Shown here piece after piece: positions 18,405 through 27,990 of a stretch of DNA of 64,000 nt. Every line of letters starts with the position of its first letter. The stretch's first letter is position 1. The DNA is taken from IMG/VR virus record IMGVR_UViG_3300031111_000236, one strand, 5' to 3'. Below the pieces are notes generated by a model. The model was not told where the DNA came from, searched no databases, and was given only the letters and a program-made list of their open reading frames with translations. This DNA comes from an uncultured virus (IMG/VR IMGVR_UViG_3300031111_000236) (taxonomy: Duplodnaviria > Heunggongvirae > Uroviricota > Caudoviricetes). The position numbers were made by a program, and so were the translations under genes.

Positions 18405-19280
18405 ATGGCCTGGGAGTCCGATAGAGAGGGTCATCGACTGGCCCGTGCAGGTATAGGTAGAGCGATACCCCGCTCCAGGACTCCTGCTTTTTCTTCTTCG
18501 CATGGTTACACCAAGAAGTACTGGCACATAGTCGTGAATGACAAGGCCAAATGTGTACCAGATGCTATGGTGGATAAGCAAGGCAATCGCAGTACTTATC
18601 TTTCCAAAGACCCAGGCCAAAAGGGGGGTACTGTGATTGTCTTGTGCAAGCTCAAGGAGGACGGTCCTACCAAGAAACAGAAGGTCCTGGTCGAGGACAA
18701 AGATTGGGATATGAAAAACGGTAGGCTCGTGCCAACCACAGCCCGTGGTCGTAGACAGGCCGATGATTTCAAAAGTCAGGGTATGTGGCCTCTTACAACC
18801 GATAAGTACGTCATACACGGGCCAGGATTTTCTCTCCCTCTTGACACAGCCTCGAAGATAACGGAGCTTTCTGACAAGAACCAAGAGCTATCCTTCGAGC
18901 GGCAGGAAACGTTCATAGAGCTACAGAAGCTCAAGTCGAGGATATTCGGGCTACAGACTGCCATTGGCGAGCTAAACCGTAACAAGAGCGACATGAGAGC
19001 GAACAGGGCACTTGAGTGGGTCACCTACATAGATGAGACCTTTGTCTCCCTGCGTTTGCAGTCGGAGGAAGTAGAGAAGTATCTATCGGAGGACGTTAAC
19101 CCCGATATGAAACACTCAATGGACGAGCTACAGAACGAGATGGACGATGTTGACCTCAAGCTGACGAACAGCGGAGTTCTCTCCAAGTTGGATGTGAAGT
19201 TAAGGTCTCTCGGGAAATCGAAACTGGATAAGGAGGCCAAAGTCCTCTTGGACCAGTATCTCGATATAGTGGGGTCTTGA
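18405..19280 (+). CDS. Leader-tagged protein with a C-terminal coiled coil
   Basis: MAWESDREGHRLARAGI leader; heptad-rich C-terminus. Confidence 0.8.
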   Translation: MAWESDREGHRLARAGIGRAIPRSRTPAFSSSHGYTKKYWHIVVNDKAKCVPDAMVDKQGNRSTYLSKDPGQKGGTVIVLCKLKEDGPTKKQKVLVEDKDWDMKNGRLVPTTARGRRQADDFKSQGMWPLTTDKYVIHGPGFSLPLDTASKITELSDKNQELSFERQETFIELQKLKSRIFGLQTAIGELNRNKSDMRANRALEWVTYIDETFVSLRLQSEEVEKYLSEDVNPDMKHSMDELQNEMDDVDLKLTNSGVLSKLDVKLRSLGKSKLDKEAKVLLDQYLDIVGS

Positions 19281-19281
19281 C

Positions 19282-20436
19282 ATGGTTGGTAACTTTGGTT
19301 GGAGAGGTCAGTCAATGCGTCATGCTCTCGCTCGGGCAGGTATTCCTAATACCAAGTCGTTCGCTATCTACAACGGATATGACCCAACGAAAGAAGAGGA
19401 GTTCATCAAGATAGTTACGACATCGGAGCTTGCTAATGGTAAACTGAGTGAGAACAAAATAGCGGAGAAGATAAACCAAGACTTCCAGGACCCTGTGACT
19501 TTTGCCGACAACTTCGCAGTGGCTATATTCGCCATCGAAAATGAGCTGAAAAAAGGTACTAAGTTGGGTACTTCGAGTATCAGACAGCAGATGTTGAACC
19601 TCTACAAGATATTACACTCATGGGGTTCAATGTACGCATGGGCGCAGGTAGATGCAAGTATGAGTCCTGATGAGAAGCGAGCTGTTCGTGAGGCACATCG
19701 TGACAGGATAGACCAGTACGCATACCTCACTACTGGTATATCCCCTCTACTCATACAGAAGCTATTCAATATACATAACAAGGTGGAAGACTCGGCGACA
19801 CAGAACGCTGTGCTGGAGCTAATCGGTCTCATAATCAAGAAGACACCTGACTTCAACGACCCGAGCCACCTTAAGGCCGTGTCTAACATAGAGCCGTTTG
19901 GGACTATGTTCTACGATATGAAAAGAGATGCAATGTACAACGACCCAGAGGTGTGGGCGAAGTACTTCAAAAGCGACGACCCAAGGGTGAGAGCTTATCT
20001 GATTTATTGGGTAGGCAGAGATAGAGTCAGAAGGAACAGGGGAGATAAATCACATTGGTACACTATCAGGGGGGCCAACGATAGGGAGATTACTGGCCTT
20101 TTCAAGATGCTCAAGGAGTGGTACGAGAGTACGGGAGCGGATTACACAGGTGACCTTTTGGAGGACTTCGTACTCAGTGAGTACTTCCTCATCAAGAGGG
20201 ACTATCAGACAATGAAGAGTATCAGTAGCTCTAACTCGACATTGAACGCACGGCTCGCAGGGTTCGGTCTCGATGCTATCGGTAGGCGTGGTGAGTATGA
20301 TATCGTTAAGACCTATCTGAAGTCACACTATAATAATAACATAGACCAGTACAAGATAGACTACGATACTGGCCTGGTTTCTACGAACGAAAAAGTGAAG
20401 GAGATAATGAAGGACGTTTACGACAACGGGTGGTAA
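19282..20436 (+). CDS. Leader-tagged helical protein, not PDFLLD family
   Basis: GWRGQSMRHALARAGIPNTKSFA. Confidence 0.8.
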   Translation: MVGNFGWRGQSMRHALARAGIPNTKSFAIYNGYDPTKEEEFIKIVTTSELANGKLSENKIAEKINQDFQDPVTFADNFAVAIFAIENELKKGTKLGTSSIRQQMLNLYKILHSWGSMYAWAQVDASMSPDEKRAVREAHRDRIDQYAYLTTGISPLLIQKLFNIHNKVEDSATQNAVLELIGLIIKKTPDFNDPSHLKAVSNIEPFGTMFYDMKRDAMYNDPEVWAKYFKSDDPRVRAYLIYWVGRDRVRRNRGDKSHWYTIRGANDREITGLFKMLKEWYESTGADYTGDLLEDFVLSEYFLIKRDYQTMKSISSSNSTLNARLAGFGLDAIGRRGEYDIVKTYLKSHYNNNIDQYKIDYDTGLVSTNEKVKEIMKDVYDNGW

Positions 20437-20438
20437 TT

Positions 20439-20873
20439 ATGGGTACGTTTGATAGGTTTCTGAGGAGAGCACATACCAAGGACTTGAACGTTTGCCCTGG
20501 TGACCAGGGGTACACATTAGACGCTTTCGTTAGGACCTTAGCGGCGGCTTTCGTGTCTGAGATACTGATTTATACGTCAGTGACGATATCACCAGACGAG
20601 GCATGGAAAGGTGTGTTCCTGGTTAGCTCGTTTTTCGTTTTCTCTATACTGGCAAGCTACGGTATGTTGAGAAAATGTGAGGCGAGGTCTGGGTTCCTTG
20701 AGAGTGGTATCTCTTTCACGCTTGCCTTCGTGATAGCGATTGTCTTCGGGTGGGTACTGTCCAGTCATGACCCCGCTGACATCATTAGCGTGGAATACTT
20801 TCTGACATCTGATATGTTGGTGGCCTGGGCAGTTGGAGGTTTCTTCGGCTCGTTCCTGTCATCCGTGAAGTAA
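20439..20873 (+). CDS. Multi-pass membrane protein
   Basis: About 4 hydrophobic segments. Confidence 0.7.
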   Translation: MGTFDRFLRRAHTKDLNVCPGDQGYTLDAFVRTLAAAFVSEILIYTSVTISPDEAWKGVFLVSSFFVFSILASYGMLRKCEARSGFLESGISFTLAFVIAIVFGWVLSSHDPADIISVEYFLTSDMLVAWAVGGFFGSFLSSVK

Positions 20874-20908
20874 GGTGAGAAACAGCAATACGAGTATGAG
20901 GTGACTGT

Positions 20909-21106
20909 ATGAGTAAGAAGAACAAGTCGGATAAGAACGGGCCTGGCGCACTATTCATACCAGCGGGTATACTGACAGGCATGGGCGTAGGCATTATCAC
21001 AGGGAACATACCAGCGGGGATGTTCATTGGCCTCGGGATAGGGTTTGCTCTATTCGCAGTGTCGCTCATGCTCGGGAACAGGTGCGAGGTGAAAGGTAGC
21101 AAATGA
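20909..21106 (+). CDS. Small Gly-rich membrane protein
   Basis: Two GxxxG-rich TM segments; GAGGTGA SD. Confidence 0.7.
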   Translation: MSKKNKSDKNGPGALFIPAGILTGMGVGIITGNIPAGMFIGLGIGFALFAVSLMLGNRCEVKGSK

Positions 21107-21178
21107 CCTACATGAAGCGAGAGGGCCTCGTAATCGGGGTCAGACCCTCGCCAATGGTAGGTATAGTAGGTGATGTGC

Positions 21179-21667
21179 TTGACATGGGAAGGAGAGCCAG
21201 AGAGACACAAGATGGCCCGAGAGGGCATCAAGTCCGTAAATATCAACAAGTACCAAGGCGATTGGTACGAAATAGCTTCATTTCCAAACTGGTTCCAGAG
21301 GAACTGTTCCAACTCCAAAGCGAACTACGAGCTGTCCGATGGGAAAGTACTCGTGACAAACACTTGCGTCAAGAGCAGTGGAAAGACAAGCTCTATCCGT
21401 GGCGACGCTTATCCAGCAAACAAGAGGAACAGCGTCCTCAAGGTCGGGTTCCCACCGCTCAAGTTTATCAGGTCGGACTACGTGGTGGAGTACTTGGACC
21501 CCGACTATCAATACGTGATAGTTGGGTCGCAGGACAGGAAGTACCTATGGTTCCTGGGTAGGAAGCCATACGCCAACAAGAAGCAATACAATCTCATGCT
21601 CAAGATAGCCAAGCGTAAGGGGTACGATGTATCCAATCTACGCAAGACCAGGAGGAAAATCAAGTGA
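21179..21667 (+). CDS. Lipocalin (Blc/ApoD-like) carrying the N-terminal leader
   Basis: YQGDWYEIA (GxW), LDPDYQYVIVG, YLWFLGR; TTG start after AGGTGA gives MTWEGEPERHKMAREGI. Confidence 0.85.
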   Translation: MTWEGEPERHKMAREGIKSVNINKYQGDWYEIASFPNWFQRNCSNSKANYELSDGKVLVTNTCVKSSGKTSSIRGDAYPANKRNSVLKVGFPPLKFIRSDYVVEYLDPDYQYVIVGSQDRKYLWFLGRKPYANKKQYNLMLKIAKRKGYDVSNLRKTRRKIK

Positions 21668-22308
21668 ACGGTAACAAGAGTGGATTCCAGAACGAACCTC
21701 TAAGACATGGGCTCTCAAGACTTGGGATAGCTCACAAGAAGAGCTTCGCAATGCACACCCCAGAAAGCGTATACGGTAAGGGTCCGTGGGAGGTATGGTA
21801 TGTGAGACGTGAGCACTCAGTGTCACACAGCCACGGTGAGGATTTCTTCAAGAAACTACATGATGAGCTTGAGCGTGACCAGGACAAGATAAGGAAGGAG
21901 AACAAGCTCAGGCTTTACGATAATGTGGTACGTGACGAGAGCGGGAATATGTATGCCTCTATCAACCCCAATGACCTTGCCAGAACTCACATTAAGATAG
22001 CAAGCATCAAGGTCCCTGATGATGTCTTAGCGGACGGTGAGAAGCGCACTCTTGAGTGGATATGGGCAAAGATGCAAGGCGAGAGCTGGTCGCCGAAGGG
22101 TGACGCTCGTGACTTCATCAGGTGCAAGGGTGCGTCCCATACTTCCATGTCTATGGGCGACCTGATAGTCACTCCCAACGGTGATGTTATGATGCCTAAG
22201 AGTACCTATGGGTTCAAGAGTATCGGCAAGCGAGAGGATGACCCTTGCCCGTCCGACCCAAAAGACTCGTTCGGGGCGAAGAAAAAGAAGAGGAAGGGGT
22301 GCAAGTGA
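21664..22308 (+). CDS. Leader-tagged protein, possible YodL-like domain
   Basis: GFQNEPLRHGLSRLGIAHKKSFA; HTSMSMGDLIV resembles the YodL signature; basic tail after a second SFG. Confidence 0.7.
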   Translation: MNGNKSGFQNEPLRHGLSRLGIAHKKSFAMHTPESVYGKGPWEVWYVRREHSVSHSHGEDFFKKLHDELERDQDKIRKENKLRLYDNVVRDESGNMYASINPNDLARTHIKIASIKVPDDVLADGEKRTLEWIWAKMQGESWSPKGDARDFIRCKGASHTSMSMGDLIVTPNGDVMMPKSTYGFKSIGKREDDPCPSDPKDSFGAKKKKRKGCK

Positions 22309-22640
22309 GACACTTCGTCCTCACGATACTTGCTCTCATCGTGCTCACGGTCTCTTGGATGGGCTGTCTTGCACAAGAGGACGATAAAAAGGTATACACC
22401 CCTCAAGAGGTCATCGAGAAGGACGAGCTGTTCGCAGAGGGCCGCATTATCATAGTCGAAGGTAACGCATCTAAAAGTATAGTTGGTGGAGCGGGTCAGC
22501 TATGGCTCGACGGTATCCTTATGATAAGATACTCAATGTCCTCTGATTTTGACGAGCAGATAGTTGAAGGTGAGATAATCAAGGTGAGGATAGAGAAGGG
22601 CGAACGAGAGAACGTCTGGATGCTTGTAGATATACTGTAA
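22305..22640 (+). CDS. Putative small lipoprotein
   Basis: GTG start overlapping the previous stop; hydrophobic stretch ending WMGC. Confidence 0.65.
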   Translation: MRHFVLTILALIVLTVSWMGCLAQEDDKKVYTPQEVIEKDELFAEGRIIIVEGNASKSIVGGAGQLWLDGILMIRYSMSSDFDEQIVEGEIIKVRIEKGERENVWMLVDIL

Positions 22641-22685
22641 CCCCGTCCCGAATCTTTAAATACCTCGTGCCTCTCAATATTGTCT

Positions 22686-23159
22686 ATGAATAAGGGGCAA
22701 CATATCTATGGTGCGTTCATCACTATTTTGACGTTCGTAGTTCTGATACTGTACTACGTGGGTACGGCCCCTTTTGATGTCGTCACAGTGCTTGTGTGGG
22801 TACTTGTTACCCCTCTTGTTGCGATATATCCCGACATTGACACAGAGTTTGGGAAGCACAGAGCGGCCTTTCACAACATCTACATACCAGTCGTAGTGAC
22901 GATAGTGTTCTCGCTCGCTGGACTCGTTGTAGTGGTCTTCCCACTCTGGGTAGGATATCTATCGCATATTGCTCTTGATATGTCGTCCAAGGTAGGTGTG
23001 AAAATATTCTGGCCGTTTAGCAAGAGAGCTATAGGCGGGACAGGTAAAGTCGCTCCCAAGAGCTTTCTCGGTCACTTTGTCACGATGGTAGTGTCAATAG
23101 TCCTCGGACTGCTTATCTCCTTTGTAGGGGCGAGCTACTATTACTTATTGGGGTATTAG
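22686..23159 (+). CDS. Membrane-bound metal-dependent hydrolase (YdjM-like)
   Basis: H...PDID...KHRAAFHN...YLSHIALD...GVKIFWPF. Confidence 0.8.
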   Translation: MNKGQHIYGAFITILTFVVLILYYVGTAPFDVVTVLVWVLVTPLVAIYPDIDTEFGKHRAAFHNIYIPVVVTIVFSLAGLVVVVFPLWVGYLSHIALDMSSKVGVKIFWPFSKRAIGGTGKVAPKSFLGHFVTMVVSIVLGLLISFVGASYYYLLGY

Positions 23160-23297
23160 GGGGATGTTCGACTTGGTATCTTATATAAGTCTTAGCATGA
23201 AACTTTATATATTGTCTACAGTCTCATATCCGTATATGCGTGCTGAAATAGGACTCAGCCTGTGAAAATCGAGTAATCTTGTAATGGAGATGGTGAA

Positions 23298-23804
23298 ATG
23301 AGAACAACAGCGGCTGTGACTGCTTTGATGCTCCTGACGGTAATCCTACTCTCTGTCATGCCTGTCATGGCTGAGAGCCAGGACCAGTACCTCGTCTATG
23401 GCTACGTGTTTGACGAGGACGGGGCCGCCGTTCTTGGGGCAGTTGTGACAGTGGAGAACAAGAGGACAGGCGATACTATCAACACCGTCTCTGACGGTAG
23501 CGGGAAGTACCTGGTATCCCTCTTGGACTTCGAGAGCGGATACCAAGATGGTGACATCCTCATCATCGAGGCGGAGAAAGCAGACGACTCAGGCTCAGTG
23601 TCAGCCGATGTCGTCGAAGGCGAAGTCGGTGAGAAGGTTGATGTAACCTTTGGTATCGCCGCCGCCGAGGACGAGGATGAAGATGAGGACAGGATTCTGG
23701 GCTTGGACCCTGCCGTCTTCTGGCTCATCCTGATACTGGTTGTCGCTGTTATAATCGGTGTGGTCCTCTTCGTGATATACTCACGTCAACAAGGTAACCT
23801 CTAA
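23298..23804 (+). CDS. Surface protein: signal peptide, carboxypeptidase-regulatory-like beta domain, C-terminal TM
   Basis: VYGYVFDEDG..VLGAVVTVENKRTG...GKYLV; paralogue of 59666-60172. Confidence 0.8.
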   Translation: MRTTAAVTALMLLTVILLSVMPVMAESQDQYLVYGYVFDEDGAAVLGAVVTVENKRTGDTINTVSDGSGKYLVSLLDFESGYQDGDILIIEAEKADDSGSVSADVVEGEVGEKVDVTFGIAAAEDEDEDEDRILGLDPAVFWLILILVVAVIIGVVLFVIYSRQQGNL

Positions 23805-23834
23805 CCCATGAGGCAGAGAAAGGGGTGAAAAACC

Positions 23835-25394
23835 ATGAACAAAACAAACGGAATATACGCTTTCGGCGTTCTGGTCGTCCTCTTGTTGTCCATATTTGCC
23901 GTGGGCAACTATGTCGGCGCAGATGTGGGCATGGACATGACGGAGACGGAGGTCGAGGGTATGGAACTCTCTGCCTTTGTTCTGGGTACAGGCAATAACA
24001 CCTCCGTGGTGAAGAACCACGTACCCACCGTCATCGGTGGTGTGTGCTCTGAAGAGGGCATCCACGCACTGGATGTGAACATAACCGATGTGGAGGGTGA
24101 AATCCTCTACGAGTGGAACGTGACCACTGATTGGTCATGCCACTGGTATCAGAAGATAGTCTTCGACCTCCCTATCGGTAAGTACTGGCTAAACGTGACT
24201 TACGCACTGAACATCAGTGTCTATGACACGTATCAGTTTTGGGTAGCCAACAATGAGTCGGGGATACACACTTATCTTGAGATGTCATACGAGACCAACA
24301 GTCTCAATATCTCTTACGAGTATCTCATCTCTGACGAGCATTGGGGTTTCTTCGAGTCTGGTGGTGCAGTCGTTAACTTCACTATCTGGACTTACGAGAA
24401 CTATACACTCGCCCAGAAGATTGTTGCCTGGACTGAGGAGTACACTCTTGACGACTATGGTGTTGTCAGAGGCTGGATACTTCTTGATGACCTTGAACCT
24501 TGCCACCAGTATATCACTACTATCACCATGTCGGGCTACTCGCCTGATATTCTGATAGACGCAGATAATGGTTTTGCGGATGCTTTTGGTGATTACCCAC
24601 GATACCAAGACTCGTCAGACTTTAATGAGGGGGAGTTTATCAACTTTTTCGAGTCTGAGAACGGGAATCTATCGTCTGCCGAGTTCCCACTGAAGTACAT
24701 CTTGGAATATGTGGACATGAACGGTGACGGTGCTTATACTGTTGTCAATAAGACCAATGAACCTCTGCGTGTTCAGATGGAAATTTGGGATACAGACCAT
24801 TGGGATACTAATGTCATGCCGTTTGTGTATGATGATTCGTTTGGGGACCCAGACCAGTACTTTTGGGATAGTCTTTACAACGCTTCGAACTCTGGCTCTG
24901 TCTACTTCAATGACTCGTATGAGCTTATTAAGGATGACCATTGGACTTCCTTTTTGGCATCTGAAGACTTGTGGCTTGACAACGGCAACGGTGTGTGGGA
25001 CATCGAGGGTGAGGCGAGTGTGTTCTGGACAGAGCACCACACTATCCACTACGTGCCTCCTGCTCAGCAACAGTACACCTACGAGCTTCAGCACAGGTGG
25101 AACCTTCGTACCAACCCATACGATGAGGCTGTCAATGTCTCGGTCTGGTTTGACGCTTCCGAGAACGTGACATCCATCTCGTTCAAGGACGCTGACGGGG
25201 ACTGGCAGAGCATCGTAAGGGAGAAGGACGACGAGGGTAACTGGACCTACTTTGGTGACTACTTCGAAGTACCCGCTGGATACGGTGTTTTCGTGTACTG
25301 CGAGGCTGAGGACGGGATTGACCTTCAGTTCCAGTACCAGTACGAACATGAGGTAACCAACGGCGAAGTGAAGATGGTCAAGAAAGTACCGTGA
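23835..25394 (+). CDS. Secreted acidic (glyco)protein
   Basis: Signal peptide, many NxS/T sequons, C-terminal WNL-type module. Confidence 0.75.
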   Translation: MNKTNGIYAFGVLVVLLLSIFAVGNYVGADVGMDMTETEVEGMELSAFVLGTGNNTSVVKNHVPTVIGGVCSEEGIHALDVNITDVEGEILYEWNVTTDWSCHWYQKIVFDLPIGKYWLNVTYALNISVYDTYQFWVANNESGIHTYLEMSYETNSLNISYEYLISDEHWGFFESGGAVVNFTIWTYENYTLAQKIVAWTEEYTLDDYGVVRGWILLDDLEPCHQYITTITMSGYSPDILIDADNGFADAFGDYPRYQDSSDFNEGEFINFFESENGNLSSAEFPLKYILEYVDMNGDGAYTVVNKTNEPLRVQMEIWDTDHWDTNVMPFVYDDSFGDPDQYFWDSLYNASNSGSVYFNDSYELIKDDHWTSFLASEDLWLDNGNGVWDIEGEASVFWTEHHTIHYVPPAQQQYTYELQHRWNLRTNPYDEAVNVSVWFDASENVTSISFKDADGDWQSIVREKDDEGNWTYFGDYFEVPAGYGVFVYCEAEDGIDLQFQYQYEHEVTNGEVKMVKKVP

Positions 25395-25401
25395 ACGCAA
25401 C

Positions 25402-25440
25402 AGGCGGGGGAGCAATCCTCCGCCATCTCTTTCTTTTTCC
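25402..25440 (+). terminator. Hairpin plus pyrimidine tract
   Basis: GGCGGGGG-AGCAAT-CCTCCGCC then tctctttcttttt. Confidence 0.6.
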
Positions 25441-25476
25441 TATCACTACGTTATAACCCTCTGGGGGTATCACAAA

Positions 25477-26469
25477 ATGCAGAAGCCCGTGTTCATGCTG
25501 TTTAGTATGCTCATCGTCGGGACCCTCTTGGCGGCGGGGTGTATCGAGATAGATACTGACAACGATAGCTCGTCTGTCGAGTTCAAGACGTGGGACGTAG
25601 CTCTCACACTTGCGAACGGTACGAAAGCTACTCCTGATAGTGATATATACCCTCCTGTCTCGAACGTACCTTACTACTCTAAACCTCAGCCCTTCGCATC
25701 TATCATAAGCACTCCTGGTGGTGAGGACAGCGGGTTCATGACTCTTGATGGACAGGACTTCTACTTCTTCTTCACACCCGATGTTAGCATACCTGTAGAG
25801 AAACAGCTTATCGATGGCGTGACTGGTATATGGTGGATACACAGAGAGGGGACAGAACCGTGGTCCGTGCCCAAGAGGATAGCTCTTAATGATGACGTAT
25901 CGCTCGATGGGTGTCAGCAAGTTGATGGTAATACAATGTGGTTCTGCTCAGTTCGTGCTGGTAATCACAACGAAATCGACTTCTACAAGGCTACCAACTC
26001 TGGTGGTGATTGGAGTGTCGGTAGTATGAAGGACCTCAATCTCAACCCGAACCAGCTTGGTGAGTTCCATTTTACTAATAATGGTAACCGCTTTTGGTAT
26101 GGGTCTGGTGGGGCCTATGATGAGCAAAGCGACATCTACTACATGGATAAGATGAACGGCGAGTGGCAGGACCCTGTTATGGTCGAGAACGTCAATACGC
26201 CTGACCTATGCGAGAGCCAACCGTGGGTATCACCCGACGAGGACGTTATGGTCTTCACAGGTATGTCACGACACAGTGTGATAGGACCCGCTGTCTTTCG
26301 TAGTGAGAAAAGAGACGGTGTATGGCAACCTGCTGTCGAGGTGATATCGAGCTTTGCTGGAGAGCCGTCGATGGACCGATACGGCAACATCTACTTCACG
26401 CATCATTACTACGATGCTGACGGTGATATGCTCGAAGCTGATATCTACGTGAGCTATTTTCAGGGATAG
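25477..26469 (+). CDS. Lipoprotein with TolB/PD40-like beta-propeller repeats
   Basis: LAAGC lipobox; DIYY...WQDPV..ENVNTP..ESQPWVSPD repeats. Confidence 0.7.
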   Translation: MQKPVFMLFSMLIVGTLLAAGCIEIDTDNDSSSVEFKTWDVALTLANGTKATPDSDIYPPVSNVPYYSKPQPFASIISTPGGEDSGFMTLDGQDFYFFFTPDVSIPVEKQLIDGVTGIWWIHREGTEPWSVPKRIALNDDVSLDGCQQVDGNTMWFCSVRAGNHNEIDFYKATNSGGDWSVGSMKDLNLNPNQLGEFHFTNNGNRFWYGSGGAYDEQSDIYYMDKMNGEWQDPVMVENVNTPDLCESQPWVSPDEDVMVFTGMSRHSVIGPAVFRSEKRDGVWQPAVEVISSFAGEPSMDRYGNIYFTHHYYDADGDMLEADIYVSYFQG

Positions 26470-26540
26470 TTTGTGAATTTCACGAACAGTCTCCCCGAAG
26501 CCTTTTATACCTCGTACTCTAATCGCTCTACGGTGAGAAA

Positions 26541-26957
26541 TTGGAAGTAGAAGAGTACAAGAGACTGGCTCTCGAATACCTTGAGGCCAAGGAACTCATG
26601 AAGAGTCTGGAGACACGCCTGGGCGAGTTGTCCAAGACACTCATATCCAACGAACCCCTCTTGGCCGAGGTGTTCGATATCATAGACGGTGACCAGATAC
26701 CGCTGGTAGTGAGGCAGAAGAACACGCAGGTTGACCCACGCATCTGGGACGCACTCCCAGAGGCCGAACTCGCTCTGTTTGGTAAGAAGGAGTGGAAACA
26801 CGACCTCAAGAAGCTCAGGAACTATATCAAGAGCCACCCAGATGCCGCCAAGTTCTTGATAGAGACCCCGAAGGTCTTCGTTAAGGTATCGAGGAAGAAG
26901 GACGCACGTCCGACAGTGTTCCAGAAGGAGTTCGACGCTAAGGTTGCCCAACTTTAG
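26541..26957 (+). CDS. Hypothetical protein
   Basis: TTG start after GGTGA; TATA upstream. Confidence 0.7.
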   Translation: MEVEEYKRLALEYLEAKELMKSLETRLGELSKTLISNEPLLAEVFDIIDGDQIPLVVRQKNTQVDPRIWDALPEAELALFGKKEWKHDLKKLRNYIKSHPDAAKFLIETPKVFVKVSRKKDARPTVFQKEFDAKVAQL

Positions 26958-27033
26958 CTGGACTCCTCTTTTTCTTTTTGTATATAAGTCTTGCTAACAA
27001 ACGATATATAACCAGGCTAACATTGTATTCTCA

Positions 27034-27990
27034 ATGCCGTGGCCACAGGAATCTAATCGCCATAGTCTGGCATCACTCTCAGTACCTAACACGAGGTCGT
27101 TCTCCTACAGGCCAGACTTTGTTACCTACAATTCGAACACCTACCCTGTGGGAGTTCTCAACTCTGATGATATATTCAGATTCATGAAGGACCCAGAGTC
27201 TGTGGAATCGGCTTACGACACAGACGTATTCATACCAGCGGCTGGTATCGGACCTAAAGAGAGCGAATACATGGAAAGTCTGGAGGCCATGTGGGATTTC
27301 TGGAATAAGTACGGTGACCAGATGGATTCAGTCGAGGTAGAGCCAGACTTTCTGCTTGATGCGCCTATCGGTGGTGCTTCACACCTTCTATACTTCATTA
27401 GCAATGGCAACCCAGATGTTCTTGCTCATAGCCAGAGCATCAGAGCGGCTATCATTGTCTACCTCTTGAGGCACGCTGGTGAGCCAGAGTTCTGGGAGGA
27501 ACACGAGTACCAGTATGTAGCTGTCCTGTCACCAAGTGAGAAGCTACTCATTGCACCGAAGCTCCTGGAGGGTTACGAGACAGCTACAGCCCAGGAGAAG
27601 TGGGCAAGAGCACTCGACAACGCTATCGGTGTTTGCTTCTCTTACATGGTCGCTGGCCTTGACAATAATTACTATGAAATGCTCAGAACTAAGTTCGATA
27701 GGGTCTTTCTAACTGTTTTCAATGACCGTAATATAGTACCACTGTACGACTTCCATAGACGCAAGATGAACAAATGGCATACCAAGACCAAAGTGGCCTT
27801 CTGGCGTTACTACGATGAAAGTGATATGTCCGACAAGGTAGACTCGCAAGTCGTACCCTACGTTTGGACTGACCACGATTACAATCTCTTGAGGCAGGAT
27901 TACTGTAATGTCAGTGAGATACATAGTAGCAAAATCATACACGTCAACAAGGACCAGTTCAGTGATGTCACGAGGGGGTATTTGAGATGA
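27034..27990 (+). CDS. Leader-tagged PDFLLD-family paralogue
   Basis: MPWPQESNRHSLASLSVPNTRSFSYRP; EPDFLLD. Confidence 0.85.
   Translation: MPWPQESNRHSLASLSVPNTRSFSYRPDFVTYNSNTYPVGVLNSDDIFRFMKDPESVESAYDTDVFIPAAGIGPKESEYMESLEAMWDFWNKYGDQMDSVEVEPDFLLDAPIGGASHLLYFISNGNPDVLAHSQSIRAAIIVYLLRHAGEPEFWEEHEYQYVAVLSPSEKLLIAPKLLEGYETATAQEKWARALDNAIGVCFSYMVAGLDNNYYEMLRTKFDRVFLTVFNDRNIVPLYDFHRRKMNKWHTKTKVAFWRYYDESDMSDKVDSQVVPYVWTDHDYNLLRQDYCNVSEIHSSKIIHVNKDQFSDVTRGYLR

Noticed and set aside
21103..21561. 152-aa plus-strand ORF overlapping the lipocalin
   Set aside because: Different frame over a clearly conserved gene
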